Source of the DNA: a virus
Direction: 5' to 3' (one strand)
IMG/VR virus record: IMGVR_UViG_3300013093_000022
Location: 32,001 to 96,000 of that record
Length of the DNA: 64,000 nt
Part shown: positions 38,300 to 47,908 of the stretch, piece by piece
Layout of the letters: each line of letters starts with the position of its first letter
How positions within the stretch are numbered: the first letter of the stretch is position 1
Notes under the pieces: generated by a model
Database searches by the model: none
What the model saw: the letters and a program-made list of their open reading frames with translations, nothing else
Told to the model about the DNA's origin: nothing
Program-made: the position numbers and the translations under genes

Positions 38300-39229
38300 T
38301 CACATCACCGGGTAGTCGACGTTCACCCCGTTCGTTTGCCCAGTCATGTCAAAGGGCGCGTACCCTGCGGGTATGACCGGGGAGTTCCCCAGCCACGCCT
38401 GGGGGGTGTAATCCTGCCCGGTCTCGGAGACCGTGACCCCCGACCGGATCTCGGCCAGGGTGTACAGGCCGTCGTTGTTGTACGAGAGGTTGAACTGGCC
38501 GACCATGTCGACGCTCCACGAGTCCTGGTAGGTGAGCAGGTCGTCGGAGAAGGGGGTGCCTTGGCTGGCCTGCTGGCCGCCGGGCAGGAGGGTGTCCAAC
38601 TGCAGGGTCATCGCCACGTACGGGTTCTGGTCGAGGGCGGTGATCAGGCTCCGGTACTGCTGGGTGTCGGCCTGGGGCCTGGTCAGCAGGAGCTGCGGGG
38701 TCCGGGCGAAGGCCAGGACCGAGATCAGCGAGTCGGACAGCCGGTCCCGGTCGAGGCTCTTGAGGGCCAGGATCGTCATCGTGATCCGGCCTTGGAAGGT
38801 CCAGTCCTGGATGAACGACCACTCCCCGGTCTCGGGGTTCTTGACCTGGACCTCGTGGCCCAGGCCCGACCGGTTGATCTTGGTGACCGAGAACTCGACG
38901 AACACCGACGGGTACTCGACCTGCTTGAGCGGGTAGTCGAGGGCGATCTGGACCTTCTGGGTCTTGTCGAACGACATCGAGCCTTGGAGGGCGTCGCGCA
39001 GCGCCTGGACGGTGGCCGTCTTGACCGACTGGATCAGGCCCCCGTCGGAGCGGGGCAGGGGAGGGATCTGGACCGACCCGCCGGGGGGGAAGTCGTAGTC
39101 GGCCATGAACACCGACGGCCCGAACTCGGGGTGGTCGGGGCCGAAGGTCTCGGGGAGCTCGACCGGGAACGCATCCGAGTTGGACACCGGTGCCCCGGGC
39201 TCGCCGGGCGGCGTCAGGGGCCCGGTCAC
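38300..39229 (-). CDS. tail terminator / head-tail joining protein
   Basis: YP...YPS..V, ALKSLDRDRL; upstream of sheath. Confidence 0.6.
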   Translation of the reverse strand: MTGPLTPPGEPGAPVSNSDAFPVELPETFGPDHPEFGPSVFMADYDFPPGGSVQIPPLPRSDGGLIQSVKTATVQALRDALQGSMSFDKTQKVQIALDYPLKQVEYPSVFVEFSVTKINRSGLGHEVQVKNPETGEWSFIQDWTFQGRITMTILALKSLDRDRLSDSLISVLAFARTPQLLLTRPQADTQQYRSLITALDQNPYVAMTLQLDTLLPGGQQASQGTPFSDDLLTYQDSWSVDMVGQFNLSYNNDGLYTLAEIRSGVTVSETGQDYTPQAWLGNSPVIPAGYAPFDMTGQTNGVNVDYPVM

Positions 39230-39678
39230 GAGAACCCCTGGTCCCGCATCAACTGGTTGATGTCGTAGTCGCCGACCGACTTTTGGGGTCGGCCGTAGTT
39301 CTCGGCGTAGTGCTGCTCGGCGGCCGCCTTGGCCTTCTCCGGGGTCTTGAACCGGCCCAACTGCTCGGGCTCGTCGCTGAGCGAGTACCTCGGCGAGGTG
39401 ATGCTGCCGTAGTCGCCGCTCGGCGGTTCAATGGTTTCCATGCCTTGGTGGAGACCGTGGTGGTTGACACCCCAGACGACGGGGTTCCTGCCTCCCCCAC
39501 CCCGGTAGATATGATACTTGACGTGGGTTTCACCGAAGGGTGGGTGCCACTTTTCGGTACCCGTGTTCGTGCCGGGCCAGCGGGGCCGCCAGTCGTCGTG
39601 CGGCTCGTCGGGCGGGAGGACGACGTCCTCGGCGGCGATTCTGAAGGCGAACGTGTCGCGCTGCGTCTGGACTCTCAC
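39226..39678 (-). CDS. leader-family protein 1 (putative internal virion protein)
   Basis: MRVQTQRDTFAFRIAA ... KAKAAAEQHY..DINQLMRDQGFS. Confidence 0.7.
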   Translation of the reverse strand: MRVQTQRDTFAFRIAAEDVVLPPDEPHDDWRPRWPGTNTGTEKWHPPFGETHVKYHIYRGGGGRNPVVWGVNHHGLHQGMETIEPPSGDYGSITSPRYSLSDEPEQLGRFKTPEKAKAAAEQHYAENYGRPQKSVGDYDINQLMRDQGFS

Positions 39679-40298
39679 CGGAACCCCTCGTCCCGCATGA
39701 TCTGGTTGATGTCCATTTCGCCCAGGCCGCTGCCCTGCCGCTGCGTGTGCCTTCCCCAGGCGGTCTCAGCGGCACGCTGGGCGCTCTCCCGGTCGGGCTG
39801 ATAGCCCCACAGCTCGCCCCGGCTGCCGTCTTGGAACCTCTCGTCCTCGAGGGTCGTCCCGAGGGGGCCGCCGGTGTGGGAGATCTGGTCCCAGCAGTCG
39901 GGGTCGCACTGCTTGCCCGGCTCGGCACCGCACATGCCGCACTCCAAGTCCCGGTCGCCCGGGTCGAGGTGCTCCCACCCGTGGGAGGTGGCGGGATCCG
40001 CGCCGCCGGGGCCGTGGTAGGCGTGGATGGACCACAGGTAGGGCTCGCCGACGATGGTCTTCTCGTGGTTGACCTGCAGGGCGTGCGGACGCTCGCCGTG
40101 GTAGACGATGGCGGTGGACAGGTCCTTTGGCTTCCACGGGGGCGACCCGCCGTACAGGCCGCGCTCCTGCCCCTCGTTGTAGTAGTCCATGTGGTCGGCG
40201 GTGTCCGGCAGCACGAGGCCGCGCCGCCAGTCGACCGGTCCGGGGCCCGCGATTCTGATGGGAAACGTGTCCCGCTGGGACTGGACGCAGCGGGTCAC
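39675..40298 (-). CDS. leader-family protein 2
   Basis: RCVQSQRDTFPIRIAG ... SAQRAAETAW..DINQIMRDEGFR; internal CGMC..C..C. Confidence 0.7.
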   Translation of the reverse strand: MTRCVQSQRDTFPIRIAGPGPVDWRRGLVLPDTADHMDYYNEGQERGLYGGSPPWKPKDLSTAIVYHGERPHALQVNHEKTIVGEPYLWSIHAYHGPGGADPATSHGWEHLDPGDRDLECGMCGAEPGKQCDPDCWDQISHTGGPLGTTLEDERFQDGSRGELWGYQPDRESAQRAAETAWGRHTQRQGSGLGEMDINQIMRDEGFR

Positions 40299-40795
40299 GA
40301 CCTCTCCCCGAAGATGTCGCCGTAGTCGTCGTTCAGTTCCTGCCCCGGGCCCATCAGCGACTCGTAGTCAACGCCGGAGTCGCCGCCGCCTCGGGAGCGG
40401 CTGCGGTGGTTCAGCCCGTGGAAATGGGCCTCGGCGGCCGCCTTCGCCTCATCATGGGTGGGGTAAATGGTCTTGCCGTTGTCCCCCTGCCACAGGAGGT
40501 CCCCGTCTCCGTTGCCGTAGTCGCGGTGGTTGCCCGACTGCCCGTCCTCGTCCTCAAACGGCTCATTGGTCCAGACGCCGTATCCCCAGCCGATGGGCGG
40601 CAGGTCGTGCCGCACGCGGGACCAGCCGTCGGGGCCGGGGGGGTCTTTCTGGTGCTCCAGATTGGTCTGGAGGAAGTCCCCGAGCTCGCTGTAGGCTTCG
40701 GCCCCGCGACCATCGCGGTCGTCCTCCCAGTTGAACTGGAGCCCCGAGGCCAAGATTGACCTCGCGAAACTGTCCCGTTGCGTCTGTATCCTCAC
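40295..40795 (-). CDS. leader-family protein 3
   Basis: MRIQTQRDSFARSILAS ... EAKAAAEAHF. Confidence 0.7.
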   Translation of the reverse strand: MRIQTQRDSFARSILASGLQFNWEDDRDGRGAEAYSELGDFLQTNLEHQKDPPGPDGWSRVRHDLPPIGWGYGVWTNEPFEDEDGQSGNHRDYGNGDGDLLWQGDNGKTIYPTHDEAKAAAEAHFHGLNHRSRSRGGGDSGVDYESLMGPGQELNDDYGDIFGERS

Positions 40796-41253
40796 AGCTC
40801 ACCCCTGATCGCCCGTTTGATTTCGTTCTCGATGTCCTTGCGCGAGTCCTGGAGCGCCCGCCGGATCGCGTCGTGCATGATGTTCGTCGGCTTCAAACCG
40901 GGGTGACGCCACCTCTGGGCCCGCCACACCCTGCCCCGGTGGGGGATGTCGACGTAGCCGGGGGTCCCGACCACCCCCTGACCGGCGCGCCGGTAGTGGG
41001 GCCCGTCGCCCTGCTTGCAGCCCATCGGCAGCGTCCGGCCCTCGACCCACTTCATCAGGAAAGGTTTGGTCCCTGACTCCTGGTACAGCAGGTACCGGGT
41101 CTCGGTCCGGATCCCGACCTGCCCCGTTTTCGCCATCGGCTCCAAGGTGCGGGCCGACCTCCAGCCCTTGCCGGTCATGTCCTGCCGGGCGTACTGGACC
41201 GCCTTGTAGGCCACCGCGCGGGCCAGGTCCTCGGGGATCGGTATCAGCGCCAT
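40792..41253 (-). CDS. neck / HK97 gp10-like head-tail protein
   Basis: Y..YQE.GTKP, RHPG.KP..IM..AI. Confidence 0.65.
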   Translation of the reverse strand: MALIPIPEDLARAVAYKAVQYARQDMTGKGWRSARTLEPMAKTGQVGIRTETRYLLYQESGTKPFLMKWVEGRTLPMGCKQGDGPHYRRAGQGVVGTPGYVDIPHRGRVWRAQRWRHPGLKPTNIMHDAIRRALQDSRKDIENEIKRAIRGEL

Positions 41254-42143
41254 CAGACCAGCACCGCCACGCCCGACTGGGGGGAGCCGAAAGCGATCAG
41301 CACCAGGCCCGGGCTCGGGTACGAGACGTCGGCGCTGACCGCCTGGCCGTCGACCACCACCGTCACCTCCGGGTCGTGGCCCAGGGCGTGGGCCACCGTC
41401 CACAGCGCCGACGGCGCGGTCTGGGTGTAGGTGATCATCTGCGGGCTCCCTCCGCCGGCCCCCGGCAGGAACGGCGTCCCCGGCGGCGGCGCGACCGGGG
41501 GCCCCGACGGGGGGCTGGCCGGGACCGGGTTCGGCGGTGCCGACGAGCCCACGTTCCTGTCGGGGAACGACCAGCCCTCCACCGGGAAGGCCGTCACCCC
41601 TTTAGTTCTCGGCGGCACCCAGTTCACCGTGGCCGCCTGGCCGATCACGTCTCGCCACGTCTGCCCGTACTGGGGGCCGGTCCGCAGGCTGTTGCGGGTC
41701 ACGGCCGTCACCTCGAAGAACTCACCGGCCCGGACCACCGTGTTGTTGTCGCCCCACTGCCTGACCCGCACGATGTAGTCGTGCTCGACCAGCATCGGGA
41801 AGGCCTCGCACTGGACCTGGCGCTGGTCGGCCTCCAAGGTCCCGAACTGTCCGTACTGCTCGGTCACCACGTGGTCGGTGAACTGGCACCAGGCCACGGC
41901 CGCCATCTTCACCCCGCCCTGGCCGGTCGCCTCGCTGAACCACGAGGTGCCGTAGCACACCGGGCACTGCTCCTCGGCGTCCAGGTACTCGCTCGACGCG
42001 CACCGGGGGCAGCGTTGGACGTCGTCCTCCTCCCGGTACATCGACAGCAGGACCGCCCTCTCACCGTGGTATTGGAGAGAGTCCCGGACGCACGAGCGCA
42101 GGTAGGTGACCGTGTACGGCTCGGTGAGCTTGACGATCGACAT
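41253..42143 (-). CDS. head-to-tail stopper-like protein
   Basis: CPRC..CPVCYGT..GG; C-terminal W.VAH.LG.P.V.V. Confidence 0.6.
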   Translation of the reverse strand: MSIVKLTEPYTVTYLRSCVRDSLQYHGERAVLLSMYREEDDVQRCPRCASSEYLDAEEQCPVCYGTSWFSEATGQGGVKMAAVAWCQFTDHVVTEQYGQFGTLEADQRQVQCEAFPMLVEHDYIVRVRQWGDNNTVVRAGEFFEVTAVTRNSLRTGPQYGQTWRDVIGQAATVNWVPPRTKGVTAFPVEGWSFPDRNVGSSAPPNPVPASPPSGPPVAPPPGTPFLPGAGGGSPQMITYTQTAPSALWTVAHALGHDPEVTVVVDGQAVSADVSYPSPGLVLIAFGSPQSGVAVLV

Positions 42144-42145
42144 GG

Positions 42146-43783
42146 TCAGGCGATCGGGGGGCCGAGGAAGCTCAGCTCGACCCAGCAGGCCTGGCTGTTC
42201 CCCGGGGTGCTGGAGTGGAAGAGCCAGCACGTGTACTGGGAGTTGTGCTGGGCGGTCACGTGCAGCACGTCGCCGTACCTGAAGTTGTAGGTGAACGAGC
42301 ACGACTGGGTCTGGGCGAAGCCGGGGGCGTAGCCGTTGCCGCGCATGAAGTTCTTCGCCAGCCGGGCGATGTCCTGGCCGTTGACCGTGAAGCCCACCCC
42401 GGCGTTGTCGAACGAGTCGTACCCCGGGTCCCAGCAGATGGAGGCGTTCACCTGGTAGACGCCGGTCTCCTTGATGACGATGTCGGTCTGGCTGGTCGAC
42501 ACATTGATGAACGGGTCGGGGATCCAGTTCCCGAACAGGGTGTCGAAGCCCAGAACGGTCGGGTTCAGCGGGTAGACCTGCTGCCGGAACTGGGCCTGGG
42601 CGATGATGTGGGGCTTGTTCCCGATCGGCAGCAACTGCCAGGTCATGCCGCTGTTGCTGGTGTAGTACGGGAGGTCGGCGACCGACACCTGGGACAGGCC
42701 GTTGGGGACCGTCTGGGCGGTCTGGCCCTGGCCGGCCTGCATGCCGATCCCCCAGCCCCGGTACGAGGGGCCGACGCCGACCGAGTTAGCGTTGTCGACC
42801 ACCGCCAGGACCTGCTGGCCGTTGGCGTACACCAGGTAGGTGTTCCCGACCGCCTTGAACAGCCACGTCGTCCCGGCGGTGCTGGTCGGGCACACCGCCC
42901 CGCCCAACAGGGCCTCACCCGTCGGGCCGGTCGTCGTGCAGTACACGTACACCCCGGTGTCCTGGACCGAGTACCTCACGTACGACTGAAGGCTCGACGA
43001 GGCCCGGAGGTAGAAGTCGTTGCTCGGCGACGGGTTTGACGAGTACCGGGCCTGCAGTAGGGTCGACCCGGTGACCGCCGTGATCTGCTGGTCGTCGGTG
43101 GCGAAAGGGCTCGCCACGCTCTTCTCGATCACCCGGCACGTCACGTTCGCCCCCGGGTACCAAGCGCAGACGCCCGCCGACGGGGCACCCATCGACCCGT
43201 CGCCCGTCGACCCGGTCACGAGGGTCGGCGTGAACACCGTGCTGTCGAGGCTCGACGCGCTGTTGCGGGTGTTGAACGTGTACGTGTACTGGGTTCCGGT
43301 GGTCGGGGCGATGGCCGGGAACTGCCCCCAGACACGCATCGTCTGGGTGTCGGACTCCCAGATCATCTGCCCGACCTGGGGGTCGACCGGCCGGGTCTGG
43401 GTCGTGCAGAGCAGGAAGGGCTTGTTGAAGATGTCGCCCGAGTTGTAGTCGTGGGCGTGGTTGCCGGGCGCTGCCTGGGTGGCGTTGCGGCCCAGGGTGT
43501 GGTGGATCGACGAGATCGACGAGTCGGTGTCGGCGTTCTGGTGGGTGTTGACTTGGCTCAGCCGGTTGGTCGGCCAGACCCCGTTGCCGTCGGCCGTCGA
43601 GTGGTCGTGGGCCAGCGGGGCGGCGTTCGCCTCGAGGGCCTGGATCGCGGCACCCAGGTCAACGTGGGCCTGGTAGTGGTTACGGCCGTCGCCCCCGTCC
43701 GACGAGAGGCTGGTCGTCTCCGGGTTCGTCGGCGGGTTGAACGTGTCGATGTACGGCGATGTGCTGGGGTAGACGATCCCCAT
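42146..43783 (-). CDS. minor tail/fibre protein
   Basis: IHHTLG..QAAPGNH.H, RP.P..GQMIWE.DT, C1q-like C-terminus. Confidence 0.7.
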   Translation of the reverse strand: MGIVYPSTSPYIDTFNPPTNPETTSLSSDGGDGRNHYQAHVDLGAAIQALEANAAPLAHDHSTADGNGVWPTNRLSQVNTHQNADTDSSISSIHHTLGRNATQAAPGNHAHDYNSGDIFNKPFLLCTTQTRPVDPQVGQMIWESDTQTMRVWGQFPAIAPTTGTQYTYTFNTRNSASSLDSTVFTPTLVTGSTGDGSMGAPSAGVCAWYPGANVTCRVIEKSVASPFATDDQQITAVTGSTLLQARYSSNPSPSNDFYLRASSSLQSYVRYSVQDTGVYVYCTTTGPTGEALLGGAVCPTSTAGTTWLFKAVGNTYLVYANGQQVLAVVDNANSVGVGPSYRGWGIGMQAGQGQTAQTVPNGLSQVSVADLPYYTSNSGMTWQLLPIGNKPHIIAQAQFRQQVYPLNPTVLGFDTLFGNWIPDPFINVSTSQTDIVIKETGVYQVNASICWDPGYDSFDNAGVGFTVNGQDIARLAKNFMRGNGYAPGFAQTQSCSFTYNFRYGDVLHVTAQHNSQYTCWLFHSSTPGNSQACWVELSFLGPPIA

Positions 43784-43797
43784 TGGAGCCCCCTCGG

Positions 43798-44151
43798 CTA
43801 GACGATGGGAACCCCGCCGCTGCGGGCGATCGACGCCTCCAGGTAGAAGTCCATGACGAAGTCGAAGTTACGGGTCACCAGGCTCTGGGCGGTGGCCGGG
43901 GTGTACCAGGGCTTGCCGTAGTTGGAGCTCGTCGTGGCCGTGGTGCCCTTGGCCTGGGCGTGGGACAGCGAGGCGAGCTCGGAGGTGATCCCGGAGGCCG
44001 GGGGGTTGACCAGGTAGTCGAACACGGTCCCGCCGCCACCGGCCGAGGCGTAGGCCCCGACGTAGAGGTTGCCCAGACCGGGGGTGCGGCTCAGGTAGGA
44101 GCCGGTGAACGTGGTCGGCAGCGGGCCGGACCAGGGTGTGGGTGCGGACAT
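43798..44151 (-). CDS. small virion protein (RxFGxG family)
   Basis: TGSYLSRTPGLG..VFDYLVNPPASG. Confidence 0.6.
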   Translation of the reverse strand: MSAPTPWSGPLPTTFTGSYLSRTPGLGNLYVGAYASAGGGGTVFDYLVNPPASGITSELASLSHAQAKGTTATTSSNYGKPWYTPATAQSLVTRNFDFVMDFYLEASIARSGGVPIV

Positions 44152-44214
44152 CGTTTGCTCCTCCTGCGGAAGTTTCTCACTAATTCAGGGGGCGGGCGGC
44201 CCCCGATGACAGCG

Positions 44215-44487
44215 TTACGGGTGGTGGTAGTTGAAGATGTCGGACGCGGTGACCGCATACAGGGCGGCCGCGTGGGTCACCGAGTCGGTGGCTGCGGTCG
44301 TCATGTTCGACGGAGGGCTGGCCAGGGCCGAACTGATGTCGATCGGCCGACCGACCGTGGCGACCGCGCCGACGCCGAACTGGCGGACCTGGTAGGCCCC
44401 CGTGTACAGCACCGGCAGCGACGGCGACGTCCCGTAGTACTGCTCCTCCGGGTTTTCGAAACCGGTGTATCCCATAGGGCTGCTCAT
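44215..44487 (-). CDS. small virion protein (RxFGxG family)
   Basis: TGAYQVRQFGVG..LASPP. Confidence 0.6.
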   Translation of the reverse strand: MSSPMGYTGFENPEEQYYGTSPSLPVLYTGAYQVRQFGVGAVATVGRPIDISSALASPPSNMTTAATDSVTHAAALYAVTASDIFNYHHP

Positions 44488-44537
44488 GCTCGCCTCCTCC
44501 ACCTATTCTTTGACGGCCGGTAAGCCCGTCACAGTGC

Positions 44538-45518
44538 CTACAGTCCGCCCGGGATACCGGCCCCGTGGTTGGTCGAGCCCCATGAGATCGACGGTGCCGC
44601 CGGGTAGAACCGCCACGAGCGGACCTGGGAGGCGTAGGTGCCCGCCTGGAAGATGCCCAGTGCGTTGCCGCCGTAGATGCCGCCGCCGACCAGCAGGGCA
44701 CCCCGGCCTAGGCTGAGCAGCTTCCTCTTCGCCATCTTGGTGTATGTCACGTACTCGGGCCACTCCTGGGTCCAGATCGTGTTCCACCGCTGCTGGTAGT
44801 CGCGCCGGTCGGCGAACGTGATGTTTGAGCCCTGGAACACCGGGATCTCGGTGTAGGAGGCGACCAGGAATCGGACCACCTCCAGGTAGGTGCCCAGGAC
44901 CAGCAGGCCGTGGAAGTCTTGGTTGACCTCCTGGGTGTCGGGCCCCACACCCCAGTACATGACCGGGAAGCCGATCAGGTTCATCCGGGTCACGGCACGC
45001 TTCTCGCACTGGGCCAGCCGCTCGTAGTCGAAGTGGGTCTGGAACGGCTCGATCAGGTTCGGGCCGCCGGTCGACGAGTCGAACAGGTCTCCCAGCATCC
45101 ACGACACCTCCTCGACGACGCTCCTCTCCGAGTCGCGCAGGGAGTCGTAGAGGGGCATCTGGTTGAGGATCTGCGCGTTGTCGTAGAAGGAGAGGGTCTG
45201 GCCGTTGACGGCGTAGGTCCACACCATCGTCAGGACTCCCCGGTACATGGTGTTCGGGGGCCCGATGTCGTAAGAGTAGTGGCCGGTGTCGACCCAGGTG
45301 ATCTGGTCGGCGGTCGCGGTGACGATCAGGTTGCCGGGCGGCTGGGACAGCAGTTCGCCCGGGTTGGCCGGGTCGGCCTGGTTGAAGTACACGTTCAGTT
45401 GCAGGCTGCCCGGGTCGGCGTCGGTGTACGAGGATCCGTTCGTGATCGACAGGGCCGTGTAGCCGGAGCCGTTCTGGGAGATGAACTTCCGGACCAGGGT
45501 CTGATCCTGGAGCTTCAC
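44538..45518 (-). CDS. head-to-tail adaptor-like protein
   Basis: N-terminal Ig-like part plus helical adaptor-like part; structural context. Confidence 0.6.
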   Translation of the reverse strand: MKLQDQTLVRKFISQNGSGYTALSITNGSSYTDADPGSLQLNVYFNQADPANPGELLSQPPGNLIVTATADQITWVDTGHYSYDIGPPNTMYRGVLTMVWTYAVNGQTLSFYDNAQILNQMPLYDSLRDSERSVVEEVSWMLGDLFDSSTGGPNLIEPFQTHFDYERLAQCEKRAVTRMNLIGFPVMYWGVGPDTQEVNQDFHGLLVLGTYLEVVRFLVASYTEIPVFQGSNITFADRRDYQQRWNTIWTQEWPEYVTYTKMAKRKLLSLGRGALLVGGGIYGGNALGIFQAGTYASQVRSWRFYPAAPSISWGSTNHGAGIPGGL

Positions 45519-45659
45519 TGCTGCCCCGATTCCTCTAGGGTCGTGTCGGACGCCATCTTCGGCGACACCACGTACTGGCCCCACGGCAACATCCTGGAGA
45601 TGACCGCCGGGTCGTTGTAGACGTTGGGCGAGGGTTCGGTCACGCCGCCCTCCTCCCCG

Positions 45660-47012
45660 CTAGTCGAGGTTGTAGGTGGTGGACTGGACCTGCGCGATGG
45701 TGATGGTGGGCTGGGTGCCACCGGTCCCGGAGATGAACCCGAGTCCCATGATCTGGCCCGCCGCCAGGCTGGCCGAACCCACGGTGCCGCTGAAGTGAGA
45801 AGAGCTACCGGTTGTCATTCCGAACCCGGTGGCCGACGGTGCGACGTGGGTCGTGACAATCGAGTAATAGTAGGCAGAGGCACCGGTGAAGGTGACCTGG
45901 ACCTCGACCGTCATGTTGTCGGCGACGGCGGTCTGGGTGCCCAAGGACACCGTCGCGTCCACCGTGTCGGCGGTCGTCCCGTTCGGGCCCCGGTAGAAGA
46001 CGAGGCTGAAGGTCCCGGTTCCGTTGGCGTTCTTGTTGATTGCCACGTCCCAGATGAACGTCGTCTTGTTGGCGGTCACGCCGGTGAGCAAGGTTGACGG
46101 CAATGCCAGGGCGCTGCCGGGAATGTATACCGCCGTGCCCGCCGTGGGCTGCGCCGAGTACGCCGTGGTGTTGAAGTTGGTGATCCCGTTGGGCAGGTTG
46201 GCCGGAGGAATCGGGGTCGAGGAGTTGAAGGCGACGAACCACTGGGCGGCCGTGGTCGGGGTGTTCGTTTTGGCGACGAACGTCGCCGTCTGACCGCCGA
46301 GCAGGGTCGTGATCGTGTTCAGGCCCGACGACTGGACGGTCACCGCGCCCGTCGACTGGTTCACGATCGTGTACGAGTAGCCTGCGTTGACGCCCGTCGT
46401 CGGCAGGGCCACCGTCTGGGTCGAGGTGCCGGTGAAGATCTGGGTCTGGGCGCTGGCGATCGTCAGGGTCGTCGTCCCGGCGGCGGTCGCCGTCGAAGTC
46501 TGGGCCGGGAGCAGGGCGTTCGCCGAGAGGTTCTTGCTCGCGTCCCACTGGGCGACCGTCGACGCGGTCGGGGTCGAGGTCGGGGCGGTCGCCAACACGT
46601 ACCGGGCGTCCATCCCCGACAGAGGCACGTCGGTGCTGACCACGTACCACACCGACTGGGAGAGCGAGTACAGCAGCTTCACCGCCTGGTACTGAAGGGA
46701 CAGCGACAGCGAAATCCCGTCGTTGGACCGGTTGAAGTGGTCGGAGCCCGAGGCGGCCACCGTGACCGCGTTCGTGCCCGGGTCGACCTTCTTGACCACG
46801 ATCAGGGCCTGGTCGACCGGTGCCGAAGGCAGGGTCACCGTGACCGGGGCCGACGTGGCGTCGACCGGCACCAACTGGCCCGGCGAGGCGGTGTAGTTGG
46901 CGGTCTGGACCGCCACCGGGGCCAGTTGCAGGTTGTCGATCGCGGCCTCGACCGCGTTCTCGGCGGCGGCGGTGAACTGCTGGCCAGAGGCCCAGTTGGC
47001 GGGGAGTGTCAT
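45660..47012 (-). CDS. fibre/decoration protein
   Basis: Thr/Ala-rich; TVTLP repeats, W..GQ.FTAA N-terminus. Confidence 0.65.
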   Translation of the reverse strand: MTLPANWASGQQFTAAAENAVEAAIDNLQLAPVAVQTANYTASPGQLVPVDATSAPVTVTLPSAPVDQALIVVKKVDPGTNAVTVAASGSDHFNRSNDGISLSLSLQYQAVKLLYSLSQSVWYVVSTDVPLSGMDARYVLATAPTSTPTASTVAQWDASKNLSANALLPAQTSTATAAGTTTLTIASAQTQIFTGTSTQTVALPTTGVNAGYSYTIVNQSTGAVTVQSSGLNTITTLLGGQTATFVAKTNTPTTAAQWFVAFNSSTPIPPANLPNGITNFNTTAYSAQPTAGTAVYIPGSALALPSTLLTGVTANKTTFIWDVAINKNANGTGTFSLVFYRGPNGTTADTVDATVSLGTQTAVADNMTVEVQVTFTGASAYYYSIVTTHVAPSATGFGMTTGSSSHFSGTVGSASLAAGQIMGLGFISGTGGTQPTITIAQVQSTTYNLD

Positions 47013-47028
47013 ATTTTTAACCTATTCC

Positions 47029-47370
47029 TTAGAAGGTGCCGGGGAGTTTGATCGGAAGAACATCGCCCGCCCGGCCCCGGCCTGTGTAGTCCTGGGGGGA
47101 GCCGGTGTCGGCGGTGTAGACGCCTTGCTGGTCGAAGTCCAGTTCGAAGTTCTCGGCCTCGACCTGGTGCGGGTCGGCGGCCATCTCTGTCTCGACCGTG
47201 ACCTGCTCGGCGGCGATTCCCCACGCGGGGGCGTTGGAGCCCATCGAGTCGAGTACCGAGACCCACGACTCCCCGCCCGGGTAGGAACCGGCACGCGACT
47301 GCCGTACCGGGAAGCCGACCGAACTCAGCCAGCCCGGACCCTGAACGCCCTGGACGCCGGGGAACGTCAT
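47029..47370 (-). CDS. hypothetical virion-region protein
   Basis: 113 aa, RBS AGGAGA. Confidence 0.6.
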   Translation of the reverse strand: MTFPGVQGVQGPGWLSSVGFPVRQSRAGSYPGGESWVSVLDSMGSNAPAWGIAAEQVTVETEMAADPHQVEAENFELDFDQQGVYTADTGSPQDYTGRGRAGDVLPIKLPGTF

Positions 47371-47392
47371 CTCTTCTCCTTCGCGCAGTCGA

Positions 47393-47908
47393 TCAGAACG
47401 GGACGATGCCCTGCTGCTGGCCGGTCGTGGTGACGGTCACGGTCGGCTCGGTGCCGCCGGTCAGGTTGTACTGCCGGACCGCGATCAACTGGAGCGGCAC
47501 ACCCGACGCGAAACCGGTCACCGTCCACGGCCCGCCCTGGTTGCCGGAAACGGTCACATTGGCCACCTCGCCGCCCAGGGCCCGCAGCGCGGTCTGGACG
47601 TTGGCGGCGGTCGCGTTGTAGTTCAGGACCGACGTCGGGTTGCCGTAGTAGCCGAGGACGAAGTTGCCCCCGTTCGGGCCGCCGTTGACCGTGATCGTCT
47701 GGGTCGTGAAGCCGAAGAACTTCGCCTCCAGGGTCAGGGCCGTCTCGGCCTCGGCCGTGGTCCCGGTCGCCGGGGGGTTGGCCAGCGAGTCGAACACCGA
47801 GATCGGCGGGGTCGGGGCCGGGGTGAGGATGCTGCCCACCCCGAACTGGCGCTGCTGGTAACCGGCGGTGTACGGGTTCGAACCCGACAGTGGCAGTGGG
47901 GCGCTCAT
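47393..47908 (-). CDS. capsid/tail decoration protein (RxFGxG family + GG.F.L..YNATAA.VQ.AL domain)
   Basis: domain also present in the 1964-aa protein. Confidence 0.65.
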   Translation of the reverse strand: MSAPLPLSGSNPYTAGYQQRQFGVGSILTPAPTPPISVFDSLANPPATGTTAEAETALTLEAKFFGFTTQTITVNGGPNGGNFVLGYYGNPTSVLNYNATAANVQTALRALGGEVANVTVSGNQGGPWTVTGFASGVPLQLIAVRQYNLTGGTEPTVTVTTTGQQQGIVPF

